A stretch of DNA of 64,000 nt, from the IMG/VR virus record IMGVR_UViG_2537561979_000003. One strand, 5' to 3'. The notes under the pieces were generated by a model that was given only the letters and a program-made list of their open reading frames with translations, did no database searches and was not told the origin of the DNA. This stretch comes from a virus. Its lineage: Duplodnaviria > Heunggongvirae > Uroviricota > Caudoviricetes. Shown in pieces: positions 23,744 to 32,271 of the stretch (positions within the stretch are counted from its first letter, which is position 1; every line of letters starts with the position of its first letter). Made by a program: the position numbers and the translations under genes.

Positions 23744-23988
23744 AAAAGCGATACTACACAGTAAAGCATGGGACGCTACGAGCATTACAAGAGTTTGCTG
23801 ACAAGCATAACGTTGAGGTGCGCAGGGAAGGGGGAAGTAAAGCTCTGCGCATGTACCGTCCGGACGGGAAATGGCGTACGGTCGTCGATTTCAAAACTAA
23901 CAGTGTTCCCCAGGGCGTCCGCGATCGGGCATTCGAAGAATGGGAGCAGATCATCATAGATAACGCATTGCTCCTGAATGCTGATTAA
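23740..23988 (+). CDS. lxc: Lxc-like small protein (modulator of C1 repression), by position and size
   Basis: 82-aa ORF overlapping the upstream stop; followed by a weak hairpin. Confidence 0.4.
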   Translation: MKKRYYTVKHGTLRALQEFADKHNVEVRREGGSKALRMYRPDGKWRTVVDFKTNSVPQGVRDRAFEEWEQIIIDNALLLNAD

Positions 23989-24027
23989 ACTTTCCGCCCT
24001 TTTGCCCGGTCTATCGCCGGGCATCTT

Positions 24028-24669
24028 TCAGAGATAATTACCTTTACCTGTCAATTCCCCTTGTGGTACTTGTTTTTGCGCCAGTGTTTGGGTTCCGCGA
24101 ATTATGTTAATCAGAGGGCTTAGTAACGATGGTTCCTGGCGTGCCTCAACTTCTCCAGCCATTGCCCTGATGTAGTCGGAGCTTGCAACGTTGTTGTATT
24201 CCGTTGCGAAGCAGCATAACAACGTCAGAACGTGCTCTGTCGTTATTTCGCTCCAGTTGATGTTGAAAAATTCATCGCCTTTTTTATCGTGTTCGGAATC
24301 GAAGATGCTTTGGTGGAGGATGTATTTGCCGGATTCCTTGCGCGGTAACTTGATCGCTTTCTGGCGTTCCAGCTCCTTGTAAATCTGCATTGCTTCAATC
24401 AGTACCGGCCTGCCGTTCATGAAGGGATCGCGCAACCTTACACGCTGGCCAACTCGACCAGTAATAAAGCTGTTTTCCTCTTCCACCAGCACGATAAAAC
24501 CCTTTTCCTCTTTTTCTCGCAATTCGCGCAGCAGCTGGAGTTCCATATCGCGGCGGCGTTCAGGGTAGCTGGTCCGCTCAGCCATTATTAGCTCATTGTT
24601 GATCCATGCGGCAGTCATTGACGCCGGTTTGCCGACGCTCATCGAAACAACGCATATTTTCTTATCCAT
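24028..24669 (-). CDS. hypothetical protein (Mat-like by position)
   Basis: ORF adjacent to ref; start set at MDKKICVV with a GGGG SD. Confidence 0.35.
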   Translation of the reverse strand: MDKKICVVSMSVGKPASMTAAWINNELIMAERTSYPERRRDMELQLLRELREKEEKGFIVLVEEENSFITGRVGQRVRLRDPFMNGRPVLIEAMQIYKELERQKAIKLPRKESGKYILHQSIFDSEHDKKGDEFFNINWSEITTEHVLTLLCCFATEYNNVASSDYIRAMAGEVEARQEPSLLSPLINIIRGTQTLAQKQVPQGELTGKGNYL

Positions 24670-24857
24670 AGCGCCCCTACAAAAAAGAAAAGCCACCAGC
24701 GGCGGCTTAGCAATACAACTGAAGGTAGCGCCCGGTACTCAGACTGTGCCGTCCATGGAATATTTGAAAAGGGATCCATCCGTACCGGGCATGTGATGAT
24801 TCTGACTGAAGTCACTTGTCAGTTGTCAATTATTTCAGATTAAAAATAATATATTTA

Positions 24858-25418
24858 TTAGTGCATGATGTTTGCCATCTCATAGGCGTCAGCCAGCAAC
24901 TCCATCTCTGACTTGTTCAGCAAGGTGAATTCTTTCTTGCCTCCAACCACACCATCGGCATGAACAGGGACCAGCCAGGGGTATTTTTCTCTTACTTCAG
25001 CCGGTGCTGCATGCTGGTGGTGCCATCTACAAAGGGGCAATTGCTTTTTGTGACAACCCGGCGCGGTACGACCGGAGATATGGTGCAGAGATACCTCTCC
25101 AGATATTACTCCATGCATGTAGCAGGCAATGCAGGGGAGAGCGCCAAGAGCATTGGCGATGCGCCGTTCCTCCGCCGTTGGTGTTCTCCCCTTCAAGCCA
25201 CGAGATTTTATTTTTACCGCGCTTTTCCGCGTTTTGCTGGCTGGTGGGCGCTCTTTCTGTTTAGCGATACGGCGGTCGATAGAATCCCGCATTTTCTGAT
25301 ATTGCGATTCTCGCCAAGCGGGGTCAGCCAACTTTTCCCGTTGCCGAGCGATCGCTCGTTCTCTGGCTGCCTTCTGCCACTCGCGGCGCTGTTCAAGTTT
25401 TTGTTCGATTGTTTTCAT
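24858..25418 (-). CDS. ref: Ref recombination-enhancement HNH endonuclease, 186 aa
   Basis: HNH zinc-binding core CIACYMHGVISGEVSLHHISGRTAPGCHKKQLPLCRWHHQ; basic N-terminus; size matches P1 Ref. Confidence 0.85.
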   Translation of the reverse strand: MKTIEQKLEQRREWQKAARERAIARQREKLADPAWRESQYQKMRDSIDRRIAKQKERPPASKTRKSAVKIKSRGLKGRTPTAEERRIANALGALPCIACYMHGVISGEVSLHHISGRTAPGCHKKQLPLCRWHHQHAAPAEVREKYPWLVPVHADGVVGGKKEFTLLNKSEMELLADAYEMANIMH

Positions 25419-25504
25419 ATGGCAAAAAAAAAGGCGGCCTAATGGCCGCCAATGATGTCAAGGAGTTAAGTAATGGCAACGTCTTCGTAGTTGACAAAAA
25501 CTGC

Positions 25505-25534
25505 GGCTTAATTATAGCAATCAATTAGAGCAAT
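25505..25534 (-). promoter_or_regulatory. two overlapping C1 operator-like sites upstream of ref
   Basis: Minus strand ATTGCTCTAATTGATTG (25518-25534) overlapping ATTGCTATAATTAAGCC (25505-21), which contains a TATAAT. Confidence 0.6.
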
Positions 25535-25595
25535 GGTAGATATTTTGTTAATCGCGAATCACATTTTTTCACTTCAGTACCTGTGTGCTATACTC

Positions 25596-25668
25596 CTTCT
25601 TGATTGATTGGATGCGGAATACAAACCCGCTCTTTTGTGCAGCCTGGCTCCTTGCCAGGCTTTTTTTA
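25596..25668 (+). ncRNA. candidate small RNA (promoter-like element to intrinsic terminator)
   Basis: TATACT -10 at 25589-25594 with TTCACT 15 bp upstream; terminator agcctggc-tcctt-gccaggct plus T7 at 25641-25668; the 5' end carries TGATTGATTGG. Confidence 0.25.
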
Positions 25669-25977
25669 TTTCATCATGGAAGCTGTTAACGCTTTGGATC
25701 TTGCTGAACTGATTGAAAGGGCATTGTTTACCTTACCCAGGAGTTCGCCAAATTCCACCATCACTCTAGTAAGCCCGCGCCGCGCTTCCTCCTCCGTTGC
25801 ATTCATCACAAAATGTTCAGCACTCCGCATGCTTTTAACGGGGAACGCAACAGATATCGAGTCGATATCAGGCATCCTATCGCTCAACTTTACGGTGACA
25901 ATGACAGATGGTGACTGAATTTGAGAGCTTACAGACAGCACCACATATTTTCCGTCTATTTTGAAATCCTTCCGCAT
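25666..25977 (-). CDS. hypothetical protein between ref and cre (cra/hxr region)
   Basis: 103-aa ORF with an operator-like site upstream. Confidence 0.4.
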   Translation of the reverse strand: MRKDFKIDGKYVVLSVSSQIQSPSVIVTVKLSDRMPDIDSISVAFPVKSMRSAEHFVMNATEEEARRGLTRVMVEFGELLGKVNNALSISSARSKALTASMMK

Positions 25978-25993
25978 GTGTCATCATAAATAT

Positions 25994-26010
25994 CAAATAA
26001 TTAGAGCAAT
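25994..26010 (-). promoter_or_regulatory. C1 operator-like site
   Basis: Minus strand ATTGCTCTAATTATTTG. Confidence 0.55.
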
Positions 26011-26027
26011 CAGTTGCAAATAAACGG

Positions 26028-27059
26028 CTAATCGCCATCTTCCAGCAGGCGCACCATTGCCCCTGTTTCACTATCCAGGTTACGGATATAGTTCATGACA
26101 ATATTTACATTGGTCCAGCCACCAGCTTGCATGATCTCCGGTATTGAAACTCCAGCGCGGGCCATATCTCGCGCGGCTCCGACACGGGCACTGTGTCCAG
26201 ACCAGGCCAGGTATCTCTGACCAGAGTCATCCTTAGCGCCGTAAATCAATCGATGAGTTGCTTCAAAAATCCCTTCCAGGGCGCGAGTTGATAGCTGGCT
26301 GGTGGCAGATGGCGCGGCAACACCATTTTTTCTGACCCGGCAAAACAGGTAGTTATTCGGATCATCAGCCACACCAGAGACAGAAATCCATCGCTCGACC
26401 AGTTTAGTTACCCCCAGGCTAAGTGCCTTCTCTACACCTGCGGTGCTAACCAGTGTTTTCGTTCTGCCAATATGGATTAACATTCTCCCACCGTCAGTAC
26501 GTGAGATATCTTTAACCCTGATCCTGGCAATTTCGGCTATACGTAACAGGGTGTTATAAGCAATCCCCAGAAATGCCAGATTCCGTATATCCTGGCAGCG
26601 ATCGCTATTTTCCATGAGTGAACGAACCTGGTCGAAATCAGTGCGTTCGAACGCCAATGCCTGTTTTGCACGTTCACCGGCATCAACGTTTTCTTTTCGA
26701 ATCCGCCGCATGACCAGTGAAACAGCATTGCTGTCACTTGGTCGTGGCAGCCCGGACCGACGATGAAGCATGTTTAGCTGGCCCAAATGTTGCTGGATAG
26801 TTTTTACTGCCAGACCGCGCGCCTGAAGATATAGAAGATAATCGCGAACATCTTCAGGTTCTGCGGGAAACCACTTCCGGTTATTCAACTTGCACCATGC
26901 CGCCCACGACCGGCAAACGGACAGAAGCATTTTCCAGGTATGCTCAGAAAACGCCTGGCGATCCCTGAACATGTCCATCAGGTTCTTGCGAACCTCATCA
27001 CTCGTTGCATCGACCGGTAATGCAGGCAAATTTTGGTGTACGGTCAGTAAATTGGACAT
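26028..27059 (-). CDS. cre: Cre site-specific tyrosine recombinase, 343 aa
   Basis: MSNLLTVHQNLPALPVDATSDEVRKNLMDMFRDRQAFSEHTWKMLLSVCRSWAAWCKLNNRKWFPAEPEDVRDYLLYLQARGLAVKTIQQHLGQLNMLHRRSGLPRPSDSNAVSLVMRRIRKENVDAGERAK... ending MVRLLEDGD matches Cre. Confidence 0.98.
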   Translation of the reverse strand: MSNLLTVHQNLPALPVDATSDEVRKNLMDMFRDRQAFSEHTWKMLLSVCRSWAAWCKLNNRKWFPAEPEDVRDYLLYLQARGLAVKTIQQHLGQLNMLHRRSGLPRPSDSNAVSLVMRRIRKENVDAGERAKQALAFERTDFDQVRSLMENSDRCQDIRNLAFLGIAYNTLLRIAEIARIRVKDISRTDGGRMLIHIGRTKTLVSTAGVEKALSLGVTKLVERWISVSGVADDPNNYLFCRVRKNGVAAPSATSQLSTRALEGIFEATHRLIYGAKDDSGQRYLAWSGHSARVGAARDMARAGVSIPEIMQAGGWTNVNIVMNYIRNLDSETGAMVRLLEDGD

Positions 27060-27066
27060 TTAACAC

Positions 27067-27288
27067 TCAGATAATAGTTTTAAGTAAAGTGTACAGGATT
27101 GGCTCTGCCTTTACCTGTTTATGGTTCTCGTCATAGAAACGCCAGCGACCGCGCGTGCGTTCTATTTTCTCTTCACCGCGCGATAATGACAGTTGGCAAC
27201 TATCACGATCAAACCCTTTTGCCCGCCAGTAACCACGGTTTTTCTCAAGCTCAAGATGAGTGGACACTTTAGCAGCTGAATATCCCAT
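27067..27288 (-). CDS. small ORF in the cre upstream region, 73 aa
   Basis: Strong SD GAGGTG preceded by CCAATCAATCA; ends 8 nt before the cre ATG. Confidence 0.35.
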   Translation of the reverse strand: MGYSAAKVSTHLELEKNRGYWRAKGFDRDSCQLSLSRGEEKIERTRGRWRFYDENHKQVKAEPILYTLLKTII

Positions 27289-27320
27289 TTTTCACCTCTG
27301 ATTGATTGGTGGTGCTAAGT

Positions 27321-27379
27321 GCGCTACGCGAAATCTGTAGGACTAACACCGCCAATTTTTCACAGATTTTACGTAGCGC
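27321..27379. repeat. 18-bp near-perfect inverted repeat with ~23-bp spacer
   Basis: gcgctacgcgaaatctgt (27321-38) and acagattttacgtagcgc (27362-79). Confidence 0.6.
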
Positions 27380-27384
27380 AACCT

Positions 27385-27459
27385 TGATCAAATGATCAAG
27401 TGATCACTATTTGACCTGCCAAGGTATTGAACTGTATGGATTTACAGGTAAATTGATCA
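27385..27459. promoter_or_regulatory. cluster of four TGATCA (Dam GATC) sites next to loxP; candidate methylation-sensitive cre regulatory region
   Basis: TGATCA at 27385, 27393, 27401 and 27454. Confidence 0.5.
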
Positions 27460-27476
27460 TGTTCAATAACCCTTAA

Positions 27477-27510
27477 GATAACTTCGTATAATGTATGCTA
27501 TACGAAGTTA
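27477..27510. other. loxP: loxP recombination site
   Basis: Exact ATAACTTCGTATAATGTATGCTATACGAAGTTAT. Confidence 0.98.
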
Positions 27511-27554
27511 TCAGGTCCGAAGAGGAGTTTACGTCCAGCTGCGCACAAAAATCA

Positions 27555-27571
27555 AGAAATATTAGAGCAAT
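27555..27571 (-). promoter_or_regulatory. C1 operator-like site
   Basis: Minus strand ATTGCTCTAATATTTCT. Confidence 0.55.
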
Positions 27572-27631
27572 AAATTTTGAGAGAAAAATCCCACTCCACC
27601 AGTTAAAAACTGGATTGTTTTTCATAGTTGT

Positions 27632-27659
27632 TTGACAATTGCTCTAATAAATTATAGTT
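27632..27659 (+). promoter_or_regulatory. sigma70-type promoter overlapped by a C1 operator, reading toward coi-c1
   Basis: TTGACA (27632-37) immediately followed by ATTGCTCTAATAAATTA (27638-54, 16/17) and TATAGT. Confidence 0.65.
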
Positions 27660-27892
27660 TTGCCGCCGTTACGTAATACGACTTTGGATTCACTATTTAA
27701 TGTGTCTTCAGCGTTGTAGAGCGGCTCAGAAGGAAATGAGCAAACAGGGAAACCTTATACAACGGCATTACAGCTATGCATTGCTCATCTTACACACAGC
27801 GCAATGTTGTTAGATTACCCCAGCATGGATCATGGGTGAAACAGTAGGTCAGAGCTTCAGGCTCTGTGTTGTCAATACAGTGAGGCATAATT

Positions 27893-28102
27893 ATGGCTTT
27901 CATTCAACCAACCATCGACGACGTTAGACATTGCTCTAACGCTTTATCTGTAGACCCTGCCGAAACCGACGCTGCCCGCGCCATTGCTGAACACTACTCA
28001 AAGATATCCAATCAGGAGTACCGCATCACCCAAGACGACCTTGATGATCTCACTGACACAATCGAATATCTCATGGCAACTAACCAGTTAGACTCACAAT
28101 AA
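27893..28102 (+). CDS. coi: Coi (C1 inactivator), 69 aa
   Basis: 69-aa acidic ORF immediately upstream of c1 with GAGG SD; size and position as P1 coi. Confidence 0.8.
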   Translation: MAFIQPTIDDVRHCSNALSVDPAETDAARAIAEHYSKISNQEYRITQDDLDDLTDTIEYLMATNQLDSQ

Positions 28103-28212
28103 ATGCACTAATAAATCTATTATTTTTGTTTGATCCCTCTATAATATAGGTCAGTAATGACCGGTTTTCTCAGCCGGGCGTTATTGACCATGTCAATTCT
28201 GGAGGAGGATCA

Positions 28213-29064
28213 ATGATAAATTATGTCTACGGCGAACAACTGTACCAGGAGTTCGCCAGCTTCAGGGATCTCTTTCTAAAAAAAGCTGTTGCACGCGCCC
28301 AACACGTTGATACAGCCAGCGACGGTCGTCCTGTACGCCCGGTTGTCGTTCTACCGTTCAAAGAAACTGACAGCATTCAGGCTGAAATTGATAAATGGAC
28401 TTTAATGGCGCGGGAACTGGAACAGTACCCAGACCTCAATATCCCAAAGACTATTTTATATCCAGTGCCTAACATCCTTCGCGGTGTGCGTAAGGTTACA
28501 ACTTATCAGACAGAAGCTGTGAACAGCGTCAACATGACCGCTGGCCGCATTATTCATCTGATTGATAAGGACATTCGCATCCAAAAAAGCGCGGGGATCA
28601 ATGAACACAGTGCGAAATACATAGAGAACCTGGAAGCAACAAAAGAGCTAATGAAGCAGTACCCGGAGGATGAAAAATTCCGTATGCGCGTACACGGCTT
28701 TAGCGAAACAATGCTGCGCGTCCACTACATTTCCAGTAGCCCTAACTACAATGATGGTAAATCAGTTAGTTACCATGTGCCACTGTGTGGCGTGTTTATC
28801 TGCGATGAAACTCTCCGTGATGGAATTATCATCAACGGTGAATTCGAAAAAGCAAAATTTAGCCTTTATGACTCCATAGAACCGATCATCTGCGACCGCT
28901 GGCCGCAAGCAAAAATATATCGCCTGGCAGATATTGAAAATGTAAAAAAACAAATTGCCATCACTCGCGAAGAGAAAAAGGTTAAGTCAGCCGCATCAGT
29001 TACGCGCAGCCGTAAAACCAAGAAGGGGCAGCCAGTAAACGACAACCCCGAAAGCGCGCAATAA
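28213..29064 (+). CDS. c1: C1 repressor of lysis, 283 aa
   Basis: 283 aa, GGAGGAGG SD; position between coi and the packaging genes; cognate operators dispersed through the window. Confidence 0.9.
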   Translation: MINYVYGEQLYQEFASFRDLFLKKAVARAQHVDTASDGRPVRPVVVLPFKETDSIQAEIDKWTLMARELEQYPDLNIPKTILYPVPNILRGVRKVTTYQTEAVNSVNMTAGRIIHLIDKDIRIQKSAGINEHSAKYIENLEATKELMKQYPEDEKFRMRVHGFSETMLRVHYISSSPNYNDGKSVSYHVPLCGVFICDETLRDGIIINGEFEKAKFSLYDSIEPIICDRWPQAKIYRLADIENVKKQIAITREEKKVKSAASVTRSRKTKKGQPVNDNPESAQ

Positions 29065-29096
29065 ATTATGCCCGGCATCAACCGGGCATTCTTCCA

Positions 29097-30209
29097 TTAT
29101 TCAGCCGCCACCGGTTTTAACAAGCCAGCATCTAGCAGTTTACGCGTCAACCACTGCTGGCCTTTACCCGTTAATTGAGGCGTCAACCGTATCTGGTAGC
29201 CATCTTCATCATCCAGCACCACTTCTTTCACCGTGAAATACCCCGCGTTGATGTACTGCTGGAACGGCACATTTTTACGTCCACCGGACGCTATCAGGAT
29301 GCCGTTCTCCCGTAACCAGACAAACAGCGCGTTTTGCTTAAGTCCAACAACCTTTGCAAAATTCCCAATCAGGATCCCTTTAGCTACTGATACCCGGTCG
29401 GCAAAATCGACTTTAGGAGCGGCGGCCACCAGCTGCTGATTTAGCTGGTGGGCTTTCTGTTCCAGAAGCTGCTTTTGTTCAGCCAGTTCGGCAGCTAGGC
29501 GCAGAGCTTCTGGAAGCGTCTGGGGGATTGCAACCGGTTGCTGTTCTTTTTGCCGGAAGTAGCTGTCTTCCAGTTTTTCAAAGAATGCCCATGCTTCATT
29601 TGTGTCCACGATCTTAGACATGCGTGCAGCGCCGCGCTCTGTCCAGAGTGTAAGGCTTCTGGCGTTCTTACCAACAGAGTAACTTCCGGTTACTCTGTTC
29701 TTAAATTCTCTTAATTTTAAACCAGTTAGAAGAAAGTAATGCTTACCTTCTTCAAAGCGGTCAAGGTTGCGAGACAAATTGTTGCGAATATTGGCTTCAT
29801 CGACCCCATACCCTCTAGCAAGAGTTTCGGTTGTCACGACACGTACTCCCTGCCATTCCAGAACGGGAATTTCATCCGGCTGATTCTGAACAACCACCAG
29901 TTCCGATTCCTGAACTGAAGGTGCATAAATTTTTTCTGATTTAACGTTAGTTGCTTTCATTCTGTGTGCCTCCTTGCGTGCTTCGGCTGCGACGGTTGCG
30001 TAATTCAGATGCCCCTGTTCGAGCAGGTATTCGCGGATATCAGACAGCAGGATACGGTGAACCGCGTTCTTGTCCTTTCTCCGGTAAAGTTGTTTGGTGA
30101 TCATGAAGTAGTTGGCAATAACGCCAGGTATATCCCTGGTACTGATACAGGCAGTGTGCTGTTCAATTGCCTCGATCATCTCTTCACGGGTAACTAACGA
30201 TGTTCTCAT
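29097..30209 (-). CDS. antirepressor-like protein (ORF6N-type N-domain plus KilA-C-type C-domain), 370 aa
   Basis: Central block VVTTETLARGYGVDEANIRNNLSRNLDRFEEGKHYFLL and C-terminal DFADRVSVAKGILIGNFAKVVGLKQNALFVWLRENGIL resemble phage Ant/KilAC antirepressors; start overlaps the stop of an upstream 73-codon ORF. Confidence 0.7.
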   Translation of the reverse strand: MRTSLVTREEMIEAIEQHTACISTRDIPGVIANYFMITKQLYRRKDKNAVHRILLSDIREYLLEQGHLNYATVAAEARKEAHRMKATNVKSEKIYAPSVQESELVVVQNQPDEIPVLEWQGVRVVTTETLARGYGVDEANIRNNLSRNLDRFEEGKHYFLLTGLKLREFKNRVTGSYSVGKNARSLTLWTERGAARMSKIVDTNEAWAFFEKLEDSYFRQKEQQPVAIPQTLPEALRLAAELAEQKQLLEQKAHQLNQQLVAAAPKVDFADRVSVAKGILIGNFAKVVGLKQNALFVWLRENGILIASGGRKNVPFQQYINAGYFTVKEVVLDDEDGYQIRLTPQLTGKGQQWLTRKLLDAGLLKPVAAE

Positions 30210-30427
30210 AGTCCCTCCTGAGCAGAAGCGTTAACAGGGAGGCACCAGTAACTGAGAGAATTGCGTGAATCAGTGGAAAAACGGGCAGAGAAAATACATG
30301 GGGCGTCAGGAAGCTGAGAACGTGCCTCATCTTCTGTCGGTGCAATAACGAAGTGATAGTGACGTTTTTGGCAGGAGTAAAAGCGCCAGATAAATTCAGG
30401 ATGAGCAGGGGTAGGGATAGTAGCCAC
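30206..30427 (-). CDS. Icd-like 73-codon ORF translationally coupled to the antirepressor (GTG start)
   Basis: GGAGG SD 8 nt upstream of GTG; stop overlaps the antirepressor ATG (cTATGAga). Confidence 0.4.
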   Translation of the reverse strand: MATIPTPAHPEFIWRFYSCQKRHYHFVIAPTEDEARSQLPDAPCIFSARFSTDSRNSLSYWCLPVNASAQEGL

Positions 30428-30429
30428 AA

Positions 30430-30766
30430 TGGCAGCCTCCTTTTGCTAATTTAAGGAGCTACCGCGTGAGGTCTCAATCTCAATGGCGGTAGCACTGACT
30501 GGGTTGAGACTACCGGCGCAAAAGGGAACCGGCCTGCCTTTCGGCAGCCCAGCCAGCACTACCATTGATCTCTGAGCTAAACGCTACGTATGGCTGTGCG
30601 ATGGCATGACACAAAAAAAGACGCTTTTGGCGTCTGTGTCGCCTTTTGCATTATCCGGGGTCTCAATCCCGGCACCCGTTTTAATGAGGTGCCTGATAAG
30701 CATAAACCGAAAATGCCTCAAGGCGCAAGAGGTCAGGTTCAATGTAACATCGGCAGTTAAAAAACA
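30430..30766 (-). promoter_or_regulatory. structured leader region with alternative-pairing elements and an internal intrinsic terminator
   Basis: Minus-strand hairpins ccggg-AUUGAGAC-cccgg and cuaccgc-...UUGAGAUUGAGAC...-gcgguag, an upstream complementary GUCUCAA segment, and terminator agacgc-caaaa-gcgtct plus T7 (plus coordinates about 30618-30645). Confidence 0.4.
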
Positions 30767-30783
30767 CAATTTATTAGAGCAAA
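30767..30783 (-). promoter_or_regulatory. C1 operator-like site at the head of the antirepressor leader
   Basis: Minus strand TTTGCTCTAATAAATTG, 15/17 to consensus. Confidence 0.55.
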
Positions 30784-30786
30784 TAT

Positions 30787-32271
30787 TCATTCATTAAGCC
30801 ATGCCAGAGCTTCATCAACCTGCGCTTCGTCTTCGACGCTAAGCACTTCATCCTGGGGAACATAATCCGCCAGCATAGCGAAACAATATGTATCCCAATG
30901 GTCTGGTGAGTGCAGGTTGAGTTTTTTCTTCATATCCTCCTTACTCATCACCTTCCATTGACCTGCGGAGTTAATCCCTACAGGGATTTTCGACGCTTCC
31001 TCAATAGTTTCATTACCCTTATCCAGTCTCATACGACCAGATTTTACGGCCTCTGCGGCTTGAACGTTGGCATAAGCACGTTTATCAAAGTACAGGCTCT
31101 TATCTTCACGGCTATGCATCTTTTTACCCCAGCGTATACGCTGTACGGTAATACCATAATACTCGTACATCAGATCCGCCGTTGCTTTACCCAGGCCATC
31201 GCCGTCTATCGCTATGGTGATATTGGGGAATCGCTCAGGATTACATTCTGCGAAAATTTTGGCGGCAAGCTGCGTTTCTGTAACGTCTGTGTATTCCAGC
31301 ATTCGATAGTTGATTACACGGCGTTTATTTCTCTGGCCGGACACCATCATGATATTGATAACGGACTTATCCCTTCCCGTGCCACCAGCAACGTCCACAC
31401 ATGCAAGCCAGCCCCATCCTTTGGCAATCTTGACTTTCCGCCGCGTTGCGCGTTCAACCTCATCACGTCCAAGAAGGAAGCCATCCTGTGATTTAGGGAA
31501 TAGGCCGCGTACCTTAATCATGTACATAGGGTTATCACGCCCACCGTACTCCGCCAGCTTCATTTTGATAAATGCTGGCGTTACCAACGGTGATTCCTCA
31601 CTGTTAAGCGTGATCGCCGTATAAACGCCATCAGGGTTACCAGGACGCTTGGCCAGTTTATGGTGTGTATCGTAGAAATAGCCGCTTGGGCGTGTAGGCT
31701 GTGACAGCAATAAGATGCGGTTATCCTGTCCGGTAAGAGCACCGGTGATGATACCGAAAGCTCTATCACTGACACCGGAGGCTTCATCGATAATATACAG
31801 AAGATGATCTGCGTGTTCACCGGCGAGAGCTTCTTCACTTCCCAGACGAAAGCCCTTCGGTACTACAGTCCATACACCTTTACCAGTAACCTCATAGAAA
31901 GCGGTTTCTGTCAGAACAAAATAATCAGCAAGCCATGGAAAACGGCTGGTGGCAGTAGCCCAGTTTATCTTGATGTACTTGAATATACCGGTCATTACCT
32001 GCTGAATTTTGTTCGCAACGATAATGGCTCGGGCACCGGGATACATGATTATGAACAACATGATCATGATAGAAGTCATGTCTGATTTCCCGGTACCATG
32101 ACCAGACGAAACAGATGTCTTGCTACCCTGTTCCTGCACAGACTCAATAATCAGATCCTGCTGCCAGGTAGGTGTTTTGCCGAACAAAACATCAGCGGCC
32201 GCAATCCAGTCATAACGATATAGCGCCACCAGCTCGCGCCAACGTGGATCCGTTACGCAACTTCTGGCCAT
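30787..32271 (-). CDS. pacB: terminase large subunit PacB, 494 aa
   Basis: Terminase ATPase/nuclease fold (Walker [11 protein letters not shown]); start overlaps the pacA stop; size matches P1 PacB. Confidence 0.85.
   Translation of the reverse strand: MARSCVTDPRWRELVALYRYDWIAAADVLFGKTPTWQQDLIIESVQEQGSKTSVSSGHGTGKSDMTSIMIMLFIIMYPGARAIIVANKIQQVMTGIFKYIKINWATATSRFPWLADYFVLTETAFYEVTGKGVWTVVPKGFRLGSEEALAGEHADHLLYIIDEASGVSDRAFGIITGALTGQDNRILLLSQPTRPSGYFYDTHHKLAKRPGNPDGVYTAITLNSEESPLVTPAFIKMKLAEYGGRDNPMYMIKVRGLFPKSQDGFLLGRDEVERATRRKVKIAKGWGWLACVDVAGGTGRDKSVINIMMVSGQRNKRRVINYRMLEYTDVTETQLAAKIFAECNPERFPNITIAIDGDGLGKATADLMYEYYGITVQRIRWGKKMHSREDKSLYFDKRAYANVQAAEAVKSGRMRLDKGNETIEEASKIPVGINSAGQWKVMSKEDMKKKLNLHSPDHWDTYCFAMLADYVPQDEVLSVEDEAQVDEALAWLNE

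Noticed and set aside
25601-25611. The TGATTGATTGG motif as a phage late-promoter element
   Set aside because: No consistent -10 hexamer at fixed spacing after the motif in either orientation; in three cases it lies between an upstream region and an SD, which fits a leader element better than a promoter.
25604-25918. 104-aa plus-strand ORF starting at TTG
   Set aside because: It reads through an intrinsic terminator hairpin and overlaps the better-supported minus-strand ORF; the plus-strand signal is better explained as a short non-coding transcript.
30584-30790. 68-aa minus-strand ORF in the antirepressor leader
   Set aside because: It overlaps the predicted hairpins and terminator and has no SD; the region is better interpreted as structured RNA.
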